Shown: positions 1 to 14,786, numbered from the stretch's first letter. The stretch: DNA of 64,000 bases from Eledone cirrhosa (GCA_964016885.1 OZ024741.1:98084001-98148000), one strand, 5' to 3'. Notes: generated by a model not told the origin, from the letters alone. Numbers and translations are program-made.

Positions 1-135
1 GATATAGTGAAACAAGGAACGTTATGTAATTCAAATTCGACCATTTGTGATGACGAAAATGTCATTTCCTTACAAACTGATTCTGGTAGAAACAAACCAA
101 AAGCAGTACAGCAATTAATATTAAGTAAACACTAA
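1..135 (+). CDS. Possible terminal coding exon of an unidentified host gene (DIVKQGTLCN...LILSKH*)
   Basis: Frame 1 is open for 44 codons from the window edge to TAA at 133-135 in AT-rich DNA, followed by about 2 kb of repeat-poor, UTR-like sequence. No homology recognised. Confidence 0.25.
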   Translation, partial: DIVKQGTLCNSNSTICDDENVISLQTDSGRNKPKAVQQLILSKH

Positions 136-2100
136 TTAAACGTGTTCATCTGCACGATGAAATAGTTGTAAAATCTAAATAAATAACTTGAATGTATGAA
201 AACATACTCTATTTCTCGTTCTTTCTTTATATAAATTTGAATGTCTGATAACTGTTGTGGTTTAAAGCATCTAACCTGTATCTGGAAGATTTGGAGTTCG
301 ATTACTCATAGCAGCCAGTGGCAATTTTTATCCTTCTATAAGAGTCTTCACATTTTTCTCATAAGCTACTTTGCAGCATCTTCGCGCATGAGCATTCCAT
401 ACTTTATATTAACTGTTGCATTTTTATTTACTTATGGGAACAAAGTAGAATGAAAATAACCAAAAATTAATAAGAATTCGTTTTCATTTATCTTAAAGAA
501 GATTTAGTCCATTTCTATTTAATGCAAAATCTTGTGAGTATTAAGTAAAGTAATTATCCATATTCAAACTTCTATTACAAACTAGCATATCAAATTAGAA
601 GTCGTAAATTTATACTGAACGTCAAAGAAATGCCTCATACTTAATTTGCAAACATTATTTACAAGTAGGATAAGCATGCTATGGTTTTGCATGAAGATTA
701 GGAACCCAAAATACCCTGCTTTCTTCGTTGATTTAGGGTCATTTTGTATGAGGAGGAATAGGCAATTATGTTTTATTTGACAAGAAAATCTGAATCCTTA
801 ATTCGAGATGAGAGAAATAGAGCAAATACGATCAATTTATGAACATGTTCCTTTGAGTTAGAAGAAATGTCAAAACAGATTCGTAGGAAAAGTCGATAGA
901 CAGGCCAATGAAAAACTGGCAGAAATATAGAAGATAATAGTTTACAAAGAAATGTGAAATGTGTTGACATAATATAGAAAATCCATGAGTTCATCCCTGA
1001 AGAATGAGCTGGAGCTGGGGCAGCTGTATTGATAGGTTTATAGAAATTGGCAGTAAAATAAATATCGCACGTTAGAGATGTTTTATGTTAATGTTAATTG
1101 TTGTGGGAGGGAGTGGGGAGGAAGTAATGACTGACGTAATAGTATGCGATTAAAGTATTTGGCTCTGAAACCTGTTGAAATTTGGTAAATGGTGCCGTAT
1201 AAGAAGGTATTACTGAAATACTTCCTAATAGAATTATCACCTTGGTTCACCTGCTTTGTTATGTCACTTCTATTCTGATAGTATCCTAGTGCATGGTGTT
1301 AGAGGACATAGATGTTAAGATGTTGAGCACATTTACAAATGGAAAAAAAGATCTATATTCCAGCAACACGTCTTCACAAATAAACTGATAGAGTTGATCT
1401 TAACTTAGTCATGTGTCTATGTTGAGCTAACTTGTTTGATCGCAGTATTTGTACTTTATTTAACTAAAATGGGGCTTAAGATACGCTATTCAGAAACTAG
1501 CAGATGAGTGTTCAATTCCTCCAGATGGCATAGATGTGTTACAAGAAATGGGAAATAAATAAAAGGAAACTGCATCTTGTGTATATGAGTACCACCAAGC
1601 AACCTTTTCATAAATTTCTATATGACAAATAGCACGTGCTTAAATCCGCTGCAACAATTCCATTGGGTGCGTTACAAAACACTCGTTTCTTGTAATTTGA
1701 CTGCAAGAAGAAGTAAGATACCAACATTCTCTAGGAATATTACATTAATACATAAGAAATAAGATTCATATCTAAAATATGATTCTCTTTAGCCATATAA
1801 AGCTTTGACTGATGTTGTTCATTGTCAATCAAAATATCACTTCATATTGGAGACTAGTCTGAGAGCTGCAGGATACCTCCAGGCAGGCTGACAAAGCATT
1901 GTCATTTTACCCTTCACTTAAACCATTTTACTTCACTTTTGTTAATAATATCGTTGGTTAAATGTTTAAAATTACTCTTCCTAATCCACTTAATTTTACA
2001 TTGAATCTTTACGCCTAATCAAATTGAACCGAAACTTGATAAACCTTAAGAAGCCTATGACGTAGTGATGTTTACAAAGAACCAAACACAAATGTTTTAC

Positions 2101-2268
2101 ACAGTATCGGTAGAGGGTCAGACGCCAAGCATAGAGTTATGGCCCTTGCCATTCAGAGTTCAAATCCTGCCGAGGTTAACTTTGCCTTTCCTCCTTATGG
2201 GGTCTATTAAATAAAGTACCAGTAATACACTTAGATAATTGCTGGCCTTGTGCCAAAAGTAAAAACAA
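2101..2268 (+). mobile_element. tRNA-derived SINE with Nin/Deu-like domain, slightly 5'-truncated
   Basis: B-box-like GAGTTCAAATCC, central GCCTTTC.TCCTTA.GGGGTC.AT.AAATAAAGTACCAG, 3' end GGCCTTGTGCCAAAAGTAAAAAC. Matches the copies at 12056, 16617 and 28064. Confidence 0.8.
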
Positions 2269-2867
2269 TTATATCCTATATTTTAACATTCAAAAGCAAT
2301 GTTGTATCATATATGTAGTGGATTATATTTTGTCAGAGATACGGGACCTACTTACCTTTTACAAAGTGGTGAAAAAAAACTTTGTCTCATCAAGCATAAC
2401 AAAAAGAATATCAGTAACACAAGAAAAGTGAAATGAGTGCGGCTAAAGATGGCAAATCGTTTGTTGACTTGGTTCGAGTAGAAGGTTACCGAGTACATTA
2501 TGACACACCCTCTGTTTCAAGTGTCAGCTATTTTAAAGCTAGATTTAAAGTGAGGTAACTAAATATTGCAAAGGTATTTTGTCCGTCAATCTAATGATAT
2601 GAGTGTAGAAATGATTAATTGTTGAAGAAATTCATTTCACAACAACGCGATATCTGATTCAATTCAACAGCGTTACACATTTGGTACATATCATCAAACT
2701 TAAAACTAGGTCGGGCTTGTGAGTGAAATTTGGTAGAACGAAAACTTGGGAATTTCCTCACAGGGACAAACGTCTTTTTTCTTAACGGGAACATTTCTTT
2801 AATACAATAATGAGTAACTACATGAATGAATGACTATAAAATAATTACAAAAAAACACTACAGCTAG

Positions 2868-3135
2868 TTAAAAACAGAAAAGAAAAGGAAATGTAAGGGA
2901 TCTAGAGCCACATAAGAATGGGAGGGGGAAGGGGTGATGGTCTCTAGGCCTAGAGCATGCTAGTGTTGGTGCTGCGCCCTGCGACACCTGCTGCGACAGC
3001 TGCCCTATCTCGCGGGGCTCTTCCCTAAGACGGGCTGCTAATGTTCCGATCATGTGGAGGAGCGCGGCAGAACGAGGCGGGGGGTTACACCTGAGGTCTC
3101 GATGGCGACAGGTACGAAGAGGAAGCGGTCCGGAC
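2868..3135 (-). mobile_element. Degenerate 3' end of an RLE-type (CRE-like) non-LTR retrotransposon
   Basis: GC-rich island. Translation ALLHMIGTLAARLREEPREIGQLSQQVSQG resembles the C-terminal 'IGxxxxxxxGEPRExxxLxQxxSxAxQRGNA' helix of CRE-type RLE proteins. Confidence 0.35.
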
Positions 3136-3782
3136 AATTTGTTTTTTTTTCTTTTCTCTGCTTTGTTGGCCGCAGTACCGGGGTTTGTGACCGAATTCAG
3201 TGACAGATTTAATATGTTGCACGGTTTGAGACTACCAACTAAACCGTGGAGCCTTTAGTAGTACTTAGCAGCCTCGCTAAATCAACTAGTAAGGAGCATC
3301 AGTGCTGAACTTCCTACTCTTTATAGGCCAATGTAATATTTTTCCCATCCATCTTCATCTCTATAATCAATATAATCAACGTCTTCATCACCGTCCTGAT
3401 TCTCAAGATATTGTACGACACACTTTAGAGATAACCATGATTAATATCTGACGGCTCTCATTAGCGATTATCACCTGCCACCTTCATCCCTCTCTCTCTA
3501 TCTCTCCAATAACCCTCTTAGATCTCTTTTCCACTAGCCGTTCAATATATATTAGCAAAGACTCTAAAATAAAATGGCGTTAAATTTATTTGCAAAGTAG
3601 TAGTGCGAGCTGAAATCAGATAGATACATATTTGTAACATTGGTATTTTATATTTAGTTTAATGCTCTTGATTTCTGGGTATAGCTCGTATTTTCAATTT
3701 CTAAATTCACTTTTTTGGATGGTGTGTGTGGGGGGGGGGCATTTGTTCTGTTTATGTATACACACACATATATATATATATA

Positions 3783-3826
<44 letters not shown>

Positions 3827-4367
3827 TGTGTGCGTTTATATTTGTTTATACGTATATATTGAACAGATTGAGACCAATTTAATGGAAGATGGATGATGGG
3901 AAATATGGAAAAATAAACAGGGAGTACGGGTGGTTCGGTCGATAGCATAATTAATACGCAAAAGAGAAGTCGCCAGTTCTTTTCATTTCACTGATGAAAT
4001 GTTTTGTCAATGAATAAGACACTTAATCAAATGACCCATTCTGTCAAACCGAGAATATCTCCTTTAAAGTAGGAATAGGTTGTCTTCGTTCGAAAGCATA
4101 GCGCTATAAATTTTTATCTATTTCGTTAGTCCACTGTGCTGAGTTCATGTCATCTTGTAGGAATGATGAAACGAGAGATTGAGATATCATGGTCTTATCT
4201 AGATATTTATAGTTATGATTTCTTATTAGTTAAATATGAGCAGATAATTGTGGTGATCTTTTGGACGAACGTGATCATCTTTACACACACACGGAATTGA
4301 AAGTGAGCGAAAGAGGAAGAAAATGAGAGAGCGATAGAAAGAAAGAGATACAGATATATATATATAT

Positions 4368-5170
4368 ATATCCTCTTCCGACCACCGCTTCTTGGATTAC
4401 CCACACGCGTTTTGACTTCCAACCAAAATCTCCATACATCCGTGTAACTTACCACTTTTCAACCATCCTCTAACACCATCACCTATATAACTCACCCACA
4501 CACACATCCCAAAACAAATTTTTTTATCCACACGCCACCCACACCCACAACACGCTTAAACCACACACACGTGCTTCCCACCACATATTTACACCCTCAG
4601 CCCCCTGATTCCTCTCCCCCCACCCCCTATCCACACACGCACAGACCCTCCGACACACAAAAACACCCCCCACACACACCTTCCTGAACATGCAACCCCG
4701 TTCTTCCCCCAACCCTCACTTTCACATACACACACACACACACACACGCACACCTAACCACACACCACCTTCAGCCCTCCTCGCTCGGACACCCCGTCTC
4801 CCTCTCCCCACTCCACCCGCCTCCACCTCTACTCACCCCACACCCTTCCACCACCTGTTTACCCCCCTTTTAATTTCAGTTTATTTTGATCATGCCTTTA
4901 TTTTTAAATGTTCTCATTCCTTGTATTTTGATCATGCTTTATTTTTATTTATTATTTATTATATTTTTGTCTTTATTTGTTAATTTTTCATTCGCACCGT
5001 TTCCTTTCGCTATATGTCTCTCCACCACTCCCCTACACACCTTTTGAACTCTTACCTGAAGAAGGGCTTATGCCCGAAACGTCGTCCTCCACCTACCCCC
5101 CACTCTCCTGAGCGTGAATCTAATAAACATTTATCGTACTGCCTCTCTGTTCTGTCCCTGTTCAATTTTT

Positions 5171-5178
<8 letters not shown>
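4368..5178 (+). mobile_element. Solo pseudo-LTR/3' fragment of the C-rich PLE family (full-length copy at 50354-55888)
   Basis: Colinear with 55082-55888 and flanked by (TA)n. Contains HHR-like CTGAAGA-AGGGCTTATGCCC-GAAA-CG-TC at 5056-5083. Confidence 0.85.
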
Positions 5179-5264
<86 letters not shown>

Positions 5265-5762
5265 TAATTTAATATAATGCAAGAATACAGCAAAAGCTTG
5301 TGACGTTATAGAAACTCGACTGAAACAAGTAGATAGATATATGTACGACAATGGAAAATAGAATACAGAGGTAGAGGAGGAATCAGTTGGGAACTAAAAA
5401 GTTTCATTGTTTCAATCGTTAAAGCACCAAACGAAATGTCATCGTTATATCGTTATAGCTCTTTGTGATAGCTCAAATATCGACAAGTTTAACTTTGCTG
5501 TTCATTTCTTCCTACATACCTTTGTAGACAACAGACAGTTTTAACATTCATATAAGCATCCAATATGGAATTATAATATCTGAAGTTTGATAACTTAGAA
5601 TGCATACGTAATGTGTAAAGAAGTGAACATTAAAATATAATCTTCACCAAGAAGTATGTCATGAATGAATCAAATATTTCTTAAGATGGCTCGGCATTTA
5701 AAGATATGCTCATAAAATGTAGATATAGCAGAGGCGAGATATAATTCTGCTTTCCATGTATG

Positions 5763-5832
<70 letters not shown>

Positions 5833-7474
5833 CCTTGTGTCAGAAAGATGGGTGGTTTGGATGGGTGTGTCTCTAAATACCTGGTGAGAAGCAATGTGGC
5901 TATCACATTTAGTTCATTTACATTTTATCTTTCTTTTCGTAACCTACTCGTCTTTTAGATGTATTATAGATTTATTCAATCTCTTACTCTATCTAGCTTC
6001 TTCCACCATGCATTTAATCTGTCTCTCTTTCTTTCTTTCAATCTCACTCTCCCCCTCTCCCTCTCTCTTGCACTCTCACTCTCTCCATCTATCTATCTAT
6101 CTTTCTCTCATGATATATATATATACATATTCATATTCACACATAAAGGAAAGCAAACAATTACGCACAAACACACACTCATACGCATATTCTCTGCTAT
6201 ATGGCGAACTTCACCAGCCTCACCCTGTCTCACAGTCGTTCGGTATGAGCTCTCTAACAGCAGCACCACTACCACCACCATCTCCAGAAGTTCTAAGTTA
6301 CTTACATCACGTCTGTCTGCCAGTGAACACACATCATCTATCATTATTTACAACCATCTCATCACAGTATCCGCGTAATCCATCATATTTTGTCACTTGT
6401 TCGGGTTTGTTTGCAACATCTTCCTCTGTTAATGCTTCTGTTTGAACCTGTCTACGGTTTCATTATAATTCGCATGATGGTTTTGTGTGTTGATAAGGAG
6501 TCCCTTCACTACCCGAATGGGTTCGCATTCGAGTTTGATTATATATGGTGCATTTCTTTTATGAATGCATTTTCTTTTTACACTTCTCCCTATAGAAAAA
6601 CATGTACCATAGAGAACTAAGTCTGTCGAATTACCTCAGCAACAGGAGTTAACTAATGAAATAACTACACATCCTTACTTCAGCCTATTACTATATTTGT
6701 TCCATTGGGGTGGAATACGTTAAGCTGACGTGTACAGTGTACGCAGGCCATAACTCTTGTGGGGCTAAGAAGTTAACGTTTTGCAACTAAGTGGATTTCT
6801 CTACGTGACTCATTGCTCAAATATCGTCTACCACAAACTTCGGTTGGCCAAAGTGTGAATCGTTTAGTAGGCGAAATCTGTGGAAACTTGTCAGCTATCC
6901 GGTGCTCTTCTTGGTTGGTAAATATAATACATTGCCCGGTTTAAAATCTCAGCTTCGCCATTGCAAATATTCGATCCAGACCCTCGGCTTGAAGATACAT
7001 TTTTCTCTCCCCATATGTGTCTAAGAGGCAATGAAAAATTGCTGTGACGGTTGGCCTTCAAGTACAATAAATCATACATAATGTTCGCTTTAACGAAACC
7101 ATCTGATGCACCACTAAAACGTTGGATTAGCATAGGAATTATTTTTATTCTCAATTCAGAAGTTATGGATCAAACACCAACAACGAAATTCCAGTCGTTA
7201 CCTTGCGAACATTTTCTACGGAAACAGTTTATGTAGGACTACATTATTCAAATTTCAATGGTCTTTCTAAAGACAGCTGAGAGTGAAGTTAATGAAATTT
7301 AACTTTTATTCATTACCAGACCTGTATGTGCGAAGATCTTCCCTCGTTGGCACCCAACAAACAACTACATAGAGCAAGAGTGATGAATCTTTTTAGTGCC
7401 ACAACTAAATTGCAATTAATTAAGAACATGCATCAATTCTGGGAGAAATAATTAGCCATTCATTTATTAAATCC

Positions 7475-7532
7475 ATGGGTGTGTATATTCTGTTAAATAA
7501 TTATATAATTATTTAACAGAATATACACACCC

Positions 7533-7534
<2 letters not shown>
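7475..7534. repeat. Perfect 60-bp palindrome abutting (TA)n
   Basis: atgggtgtgtatattctgttaaataattat|ataattatttaacagaatatacacacccat with no spacer and no mismatch. Confidence 0.95.
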
Positions 7535-7607
<73 letters not shown>

Positions 7608-7639
7608 AGAACAAAAGATGGTTAAAAGAGTTCCATGTA

Positions 7640-7706
7640 TTTTATTATGCGCATTTCAAAAACAAATATCATCATGCAATAATATTTGTGTTTTCATCAG
7701 ATAAAA
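7640..7706 (-). ncRNA. Type I hammerhead ribozyme motif (mirror copy in the inverted pLTR)
   Basis: Reverse complement of 9268-9334. Confidence 0.8.
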
Positions 7707-9267
7707 CAGGAAGACATGATATGAAGGTTAAAAAACACTTGTGGATAGTTCAGTTTTAAATCAACATATGAAAAGTAGTTTTAGATTGATGTGTGATATT
7801 GGGAAAAATAATTTATTTAGTGGGGGGGTTGGAAAGGATGAAAAAGAGGAGGAGATGAGAGTAAAAACTATCGCAAATAACTTCTCCAATCCAATTCCTT
7901 CTATAGATAACACTAGGTCACTCATTAAGAATCTCTCTAATCGCAATTGCAATTGCCCTATTAAAAATAAATGTCCTCTCAACAACCATTGTCTTGATAA
8001 AAACTTAATTTACGAATGTAAAGTTATAACTGACACCAATTCCTTCACCTATTTTGGCTCCACTTCCACCTCTTTTAAAGCTCGTCTTTATAACCATCAT
8101 TCGTCTTTTAAATACAAACTTAAAAGAACCAACACGGCTCTCTCAGAACTCATATGGTCCTTGAAAGACAAAAATATTAAATATAGCATCTTTTGGAAGA
8201 AGGTTTCTTCTGCGTCTTTATACTTGAACAGTTCTCTATCCAAAATTTGCAATCTCTGTCTAAATGAAAAATTTACCATTATTTCTAATTTAGATTCTAT
8301 AATAAATAGACGCACTGACTTGTTTTCTATCTGCTTGCATAAATTCCATAAAACATTTCACAAAGTATACAGCTAAGATTAAATTCTTTATCAATTTAGA
8401 ATCTTTTTCTCAAAGGCACATATATATATATATACACTTCTTTTAAAAATATACCCATCTTTCTACCTTATTTCAAAGGTTATTATACATTCTATAATAC
8501 TTGTTACTCATTCTACATCGCCCCTATTTATCACTTCCCTTTCTTCTCTTCTTCTTTTAATGTCTAACCCCTAATCTGTACCTTTTCTCACTCTTGCCTA
8601 ACATAGAATCAATTATTACATAATACAATACACTCTTACTCTATATCAACTTGTAAAAATCCTTCGTAAACATATACACATTTTTTTGACGTTAGATTAT
8701 TCATCCTCAATTCATTATCTTTTCTCCCTTTCATCTAACTCATTCATGCTCATCTCAATATTTCCTTACTTAAATAACCTGTTATTCCTTTTAATAATAC
8801 ATATCAACATTTTCTTAACATCGCACATATTATTAAACCTTAAATATTATTATTCTCAATACATATTAACATTTTCTTTTTCATCGCACATATTATCAAA
8901 CCCCTCAATATACAAACCTTAACTTGACATTATTTTTCTCTTCGTTAATTTTCAAATTCTTTTAATTTATACATTATCTTCCAACGGTTTTCAACCTCTC
9001 TATGTAAAACAATATATCTTTCTCAGTTATAAAGCTATCTCTCCCTCTCTATCACCCATCTCTCCTCCTATATCATCCTTCCTCATTATACTCCTCCCTC
9101 TCCACTTTTTACTCTCATCTCCTCCTCTTTTTCATCCTTTCCACCCCCCCCCTCTAAATAAAATATTTTTCCCAATATCACACATCAATCTAAAACTACT
9201 TTTCATATGTTGATTTAAAACTGAACTATCCACAAGTGTTTTTTAACCTTCATATCATGTCTTCCTG

Positions 9268-9334
9268 TTTTATCTGATGAAAACACAAATATTATTGCAT
9301 GATGATATTTGTTTTTGAAATGCGCATAATAAAA
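9268..9334 (+). ncRNA. Minimal type I hammerhead ribozyme motif
   Basis: ttttat-CTGATGA-stem II (aaacacaaatattat/atgatatttgttttt)-GAAA-tgcgca (palindromic stem III)-TA^ataaaa. Stem I is ttttat/ataaaa. Confidence 0.85.
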
Positions 9335-9459
9335 TACATGGAACTCTTTTAACCATCTTTTGTTCTTATATATTATGTATACTCCAGTCCTACAAACTGT
9401 AGAGCGCTTCTTATCCGATATATGCATTGCTTTATTGTACTACAATAAAACTCACCTCC

Positions 9460-9533
<74 letters not shown>

Positions 9534-10497
9534 CAGAGAGAGAGAGGGGGGTGAGAGAGATAGTGAGCCCACACCGTCAGATTTGACGATAATTCACATA
9601 TATGCCAATAGTTATTCATGATGCATGCGAAAAAATTACGATGTTTAACGCTCCGGCAATGGATGAATTGAAGTAGAATGGGGGAGGCTGACTATTTAGA
9701 AGGATAATGACCATTCGAATCCTTCAAAATATACGTCGTTAGGTAATTAGAGACCAATATTATATTGACGTGTGTTAGTATTACAATTGCTTTAAATATA
9801 TAACATTTAACACGATAGAGATATGGCCGTTGACTGGACACTCATATAGTTCAAATAATGCTGGTTCAACTTTTAAATAAACTGCGTTCATCTTTGCTTT
9901 ATCTAAATCCATTTTAATGCATATTTTTCTGTCAAATCAATATCTCTCTCTCTTTCTCAGCACAATAGCAGAGCAGCATCAATGAGAAAGAAGCAGAGGG
10001 CGTTTTATAAATTTTTGTGAAAATGATGGGTAGATATAAAGAGAGAAATACATAGCGAGAGAAGAAATAAGTGGAGTGATAACCTACATATAATTTGTGA
10101 AAGGACAGAAAATTAATTTATATATACCCGATGCACGATTCGCGTCATTAAGTAAGTACTCCTTATTTAACTATACACTCTTCCCAGTCGTTTTCGAAAA
10201 TACATCCATAAATATATCAACAAGTCTGCTAATATGCAAATCAGGCCGATCAGTCACTGTATACTTTTGAAAATAGCATATATGTTCACTAGCTCTGACA
10301 GTTGGCAGGTGAACAGTGAGCTGTACTGATGAAGGGTGATACCCAGAAATATTAGAGTCTGTAGTTCTGTTCACAGGCCAACACAAGAGCAAGAATGAAG
10401 AGTTCATTCTACTGACATTGGTTTGAAAAAATGAGGTGTGTGTGCATAATTGCAAACGTTTCGAATTTTACTATTAATATTCGAAAAACTTGGATTA

Positions 10498-10546
<49 letters not shown>

Positions 10547-11299
10547 AGATGCACTCAGGGCTTCGAACTCACTCCCACTGTATAGCAACTTGGACACTTA
10601 TCAGCTTGGGCACTTATCAACTTGGGCACTCATCAGCGACAAAACTGTTCCCGATAAAATATGTATCACAGACATGAAAAAATAAGTTCATATGGTCGAT
10701 TTAATCTCTTCGCGGCGATCTCCTATCATGGCTGTAGTTTAGTGCCTGGAACCAGTGAAGAAATAAAAGAATAAATGTATAGTCAATTAGAAAATACGTC
10801 AGTGGGCAGATTCGAATGTGTATGAAGGTTGAAGGGTCTTCACCACTGGCACAGACGCTCCCTTGTTTGGCTCATACTGGCATTTATTCTGTTTATCTGC
10901 TTTTATTCGTTCAGCTCCCAACACACAAAATAAACGTTTTATTAAAAACAACAAACGAAAAGAAAAGCCTAAAACAGCTGAGAGGTACTTTGTAGACACT
11001 TAAGCTACTTATTGAGTATGTTACTCTATCACAATGCCTTTGCTAAATGAAGCATACGAATGTGTTAACCGTATTTTTCTTGCTGTTTTTAGGTGGTGTT
11101 TTTGTTGCTGTTGTTAGTATTTTTTTGTCATTTAACGAGTGACATTTTCAGCAGTCTTTGTAATTATCTTATATTGATATCTAAATTGTTATCGTTTACT
11201 CTGTCATGATTTTCGCGTGATGTGAATAGGAATGGCATTTTAAACAAGTTTTCTTCCATTCCATATGTTCCCCCTTCCTCCCCACCTTTTGTTTTTGGC

Positions 11300-12539
11300 T
11301 TTATATCGTTTTAGTGATTGTTTGATTGTTGTTGTTGCTACTCCTGCAATTGTTGTTGTTATTCTGCAGTTTATCGCCTGGCTTTTATTCTTTGAAATCA
11401 ATTCTTGTTGGTTTGCATTTGTTAATATGGTACAATGTTCAATGTTCAATTCTGTTTCCCATTTTATTCTTATATATTTATTATTTATTATTTTTTTCGT
11501 GTGGGTCTGCTTTATATTAATAGAAACAGTGATGATGATAATGATGATGATGATAACGATGCTGAAGGTGGTGGTGGTGGTGGTGGTGGTGGTGGTGATT
11601 CTGATAATGGTGATGGTTTTTGTGATTGTGGTGATTGTGGTGGTTTTAAGAGTGGGTGTGGTGATAATGATGATGATATGCTGCAAGGGAAGAAGAAGAA
11701 GATAACAATGGAAATTAAAATAATAAAAACAATAACCAATCGATAAGAATATCAGTCGTAGTATCAATAGTAACACTATTGAGATTACAATGTGATTTAT
11801 TATTGAACTGACTATATTTTTATAAATATTAACATCATAATAGAAAGAAAATCGAATAATAATGGTAAATGTAGCTGATAATAACAACACCATAATTATC
11901 ATCATCAACAATATCATCAACATTATCAGCATCAACTTAATAATCATCATAACTTCCATCATCATTTACAACATAAACATCGCCATAATTAGCATAAACA
12001 TTGTCAACAAAATTATTAAAACCATCGTTATCACGATCATCATTATCATCGACGTCGGCGGTGGATTGCCAGTATCGGTAGAGGGTCGGACGCCATGCTT
12101 TGCAGCATAGAGTTACGGCTCTTTATGATCTGAGTTCAAATCCAGCCGAGGTTAACTTTGCCTTTCATCCTTACGGGGTCGATAAAATAAAGTACCAGTA
12201 ATACACAGAGATAAATGCTGGCCTTGTGCTAAAAGTAGAAACAATCATCATCGTCGACGGCGTCTACATCTTCATCATCCTCATCCTAGTGATCATCATC
12301 ATCAATGTCATTATCGCCATAATCATAAGCATTACCATCAGCACCATATCCATCATCAATACCACCAGCGTCATTGTGGTTATTCATCATCGGGTGCTGT
12401 AGCAGCACCACCACCACCACCACCAACATTATCATCAATATGAACGTTATTATCATCAGCATCATCAGCATCATCATCATCATTATCATCCCTCATCCTC
12501 CTCCGCTTCCTCACCATCATCGTCATCATCAACATCATT

Positions 12540-12573
<34 letters not shown>

Positions 12574-12690
12574 CCCCCATGCTCTCACCCCCTCCCCCTC
12601 CTCAGCAGCAGCAGCAGCATCGTCGCCATCGCCCCTCTCCAACCCCGCCTCCTCCTCATCACCATCAACACCGCCAACAACATTATTATC
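11300..12690. repeat. Compound trinucleotide low-complexity region (GAT/GGT/ATC/CAC/CAG)
   Basis: Degenerate simple repeats that explain the long spurious ORFs here. Confidence 0.85.
12056..12244 (+). mobile_element. Full-length tRNA-derived Nin/Deu-domain SINE
   Basis: GGCGGTGGATTGCCAGTATCGG head, GAGTTCAAATCC B box, GCCTTTCATCCTTACGGGGTCGATAAAATAAAGTACCAG domain, and ...GTAGAAAC followed by an (ATC)n tail. Confidence 0.85.
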
Positions 12691-14695
12691 ACAATGAGCA
12701 ACATTAGTAGCACATATGGTATAATTATTTATTCAGCTGTGAACATTTTTGCAATGTTTCAGCACAGACAAATTAATTGTTTTCAATGTTTTGTACGATC
12801 ATTGACAAGAATTTCAACAAGACAAAAGCACCTACATACACAAACATATCGTTTAAATATATTGAAAGAGAATATGAAAACCAAGTAAATTAGTGTGTAA
12901 AAACGATATATATGTTGAGAGGAAGGTCTGAAAAATTTGGTGTATTCTAATGATTGCATGTTATTGTTTGTATGGGTATCGAGACTATTGAGGTAAAATA
13001 AATTGCATATATTTTTATTTTTATTATGAGGGATCGCTAGCGGCTACAATCCATTTCAGAACCCTATTGACCGTTTGGGGGTAGGAAATATGAAATAATC
13101 AGCCCGAGGACTGTCTCGTATGCATGCAGAAATGTGGGATCAGCAAAAAAGTATCAAAAGGCCAGCTGGCAACTATTAATACAGGTGATAGATTAAATCT
13201 AACATCTAAGTAGGACATGACATGATTTGAACACCGAATTGAATGCTCCAGAATAAATATGGCAAGGCATCTATGACGTCCAGGTGAGTACTCTGTTTTA
13301 TTGACCTTTAAAGGCTGAAAGGTAAAGACGACGTGAAGTAACAGTCCCCGTAAAGTCTAATTAAACTGTATTGTATGATGTCAAATGTTTAATGTCAACC
13401 GTTTCATTGACCTTGTTAGTCGTATCATGCACCATACAGCAAAATCATTAATTGATTACGTAAAAATACATTTATATAATGAGAAATTTATTTAGTTTTA
13501 TTCAACTGTAAACATTTCTCAAAAATGCACTTTGTTTGCGATAAAACGTCTGCATACAATAAGAAGCCAGAGATTTTAAAATATTTGGCTAGGTTTTGTC
13601 AAAGATTGGTGGAACAAATGCCATGTGATTTTGCTGAATTGAAAACGATTTGTAGATATTCAGCTGCTAGTGTAATCTTTACGACAACTATGTGAAATTA
13701 AATACTTTAGGAAACCATTCAAGCAGGCGTATATACATCAACGCTTACTCTGTTTAGATACTGTTTGACATGTCTTCCTATCTTTATTCACACATAGCAG
13801 AAAACAAATGCATGTTTGAGTGAGAGCAACTGTGGATGTATGTACATGTATATATGCATATATATCTACATACACATGCATACACACGTGTGTGTGTCTC
13901 TGTGTGTGTGTGTGTGTTTATGCATGTAAGAATATCACGTAAAGGAAAAGCGCCTAAGAGGGAGAAGGTGAAAGGCAATATGTGTCTGCATTAAATGAGA
14001 AATAGTGACTATTTTTTAATACTGAAGGATGAATGTATTAGCGAACACATGCGCACACCAATGAAAGTACTTTTAAACGGTTATATAATAGACAGGCAGA
14101 GAAATAACATAAATATTGGGTCGAAAAAAATTAAGTTCTAGAAGGTGAAGGTAAAAGGAAATGCGGCAAAACTTCAGCTCCGCCTCGCGGAAAACATGCC
14201 GAAACCATTGACGTGTAGAACATCCTGGGATTTACACTACACCAGCATTTCCACCCCATGGGTTACCTTTCTCTGGGGGATGGTCTCCTTCTATTTGCAA
14301 AGTAAAATGGGACTCGGTGGACAGAAGACACCGGAGTTCTTTATGGCAACCAGGACAGAGAAAAAGTAGTTGGATATCTTTTTTCCTCTTCGATACATGC
14401 AGAGCTTCCTCTGTTTTGTCATCAAAGAGCATTCTATCACATATGTATTCTTAAACTCACTTACACGCACACACGCACATACACTATATGCGTGTGTGAA
14501 TGTGTATGTGTGATATTGACGGACGTGAGAATATATATTTAATACTGAATCAGTGTTGAAATATTATTTATTATGGTTATGTGATGAGTCTTGTTCCACT
14601 GGAGCTTCATTCAGCACTCACAGCATCATCATACATGATGTCATGTCTGTCGATCCTATGAGGGCAATGCTGAAACTCCAAAGTAATAAGACTCA

Positions 14696-14786
<91 letters not shown>

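Larger units (their letters stand above)
7602..9462 (+). mobile_element. 5'-truncated Penelope-like element: inverted pLTR + GIY-YIG endonuclease + pLTR + tail, inserted in (TA)n
   Basis: 7602-7867 is the reverse complement of 9106-9372. 7868-8376 encodes CNC..KCPLNNHCL..LIYECKV...YFGSTSTSFKARLYNH...CNLCLNEK (PLE GIY-YIG). A ~90-nt unpaired tail (9373-9462) precedes (TA)n. Confidence 0.9.

Noticed and set aside
10589-10636. Three 16-bp tandem repeats containing CTGATGA on minus
   Set aside because: No closing stem II or GAAA, and no spacers, so neither an HHR nor a CRISPR array.
11240-12697. Long hydrophobic or His/Asp-rich ORFs
   Set aside because: Products of trinucleotide low-complexity DNA.
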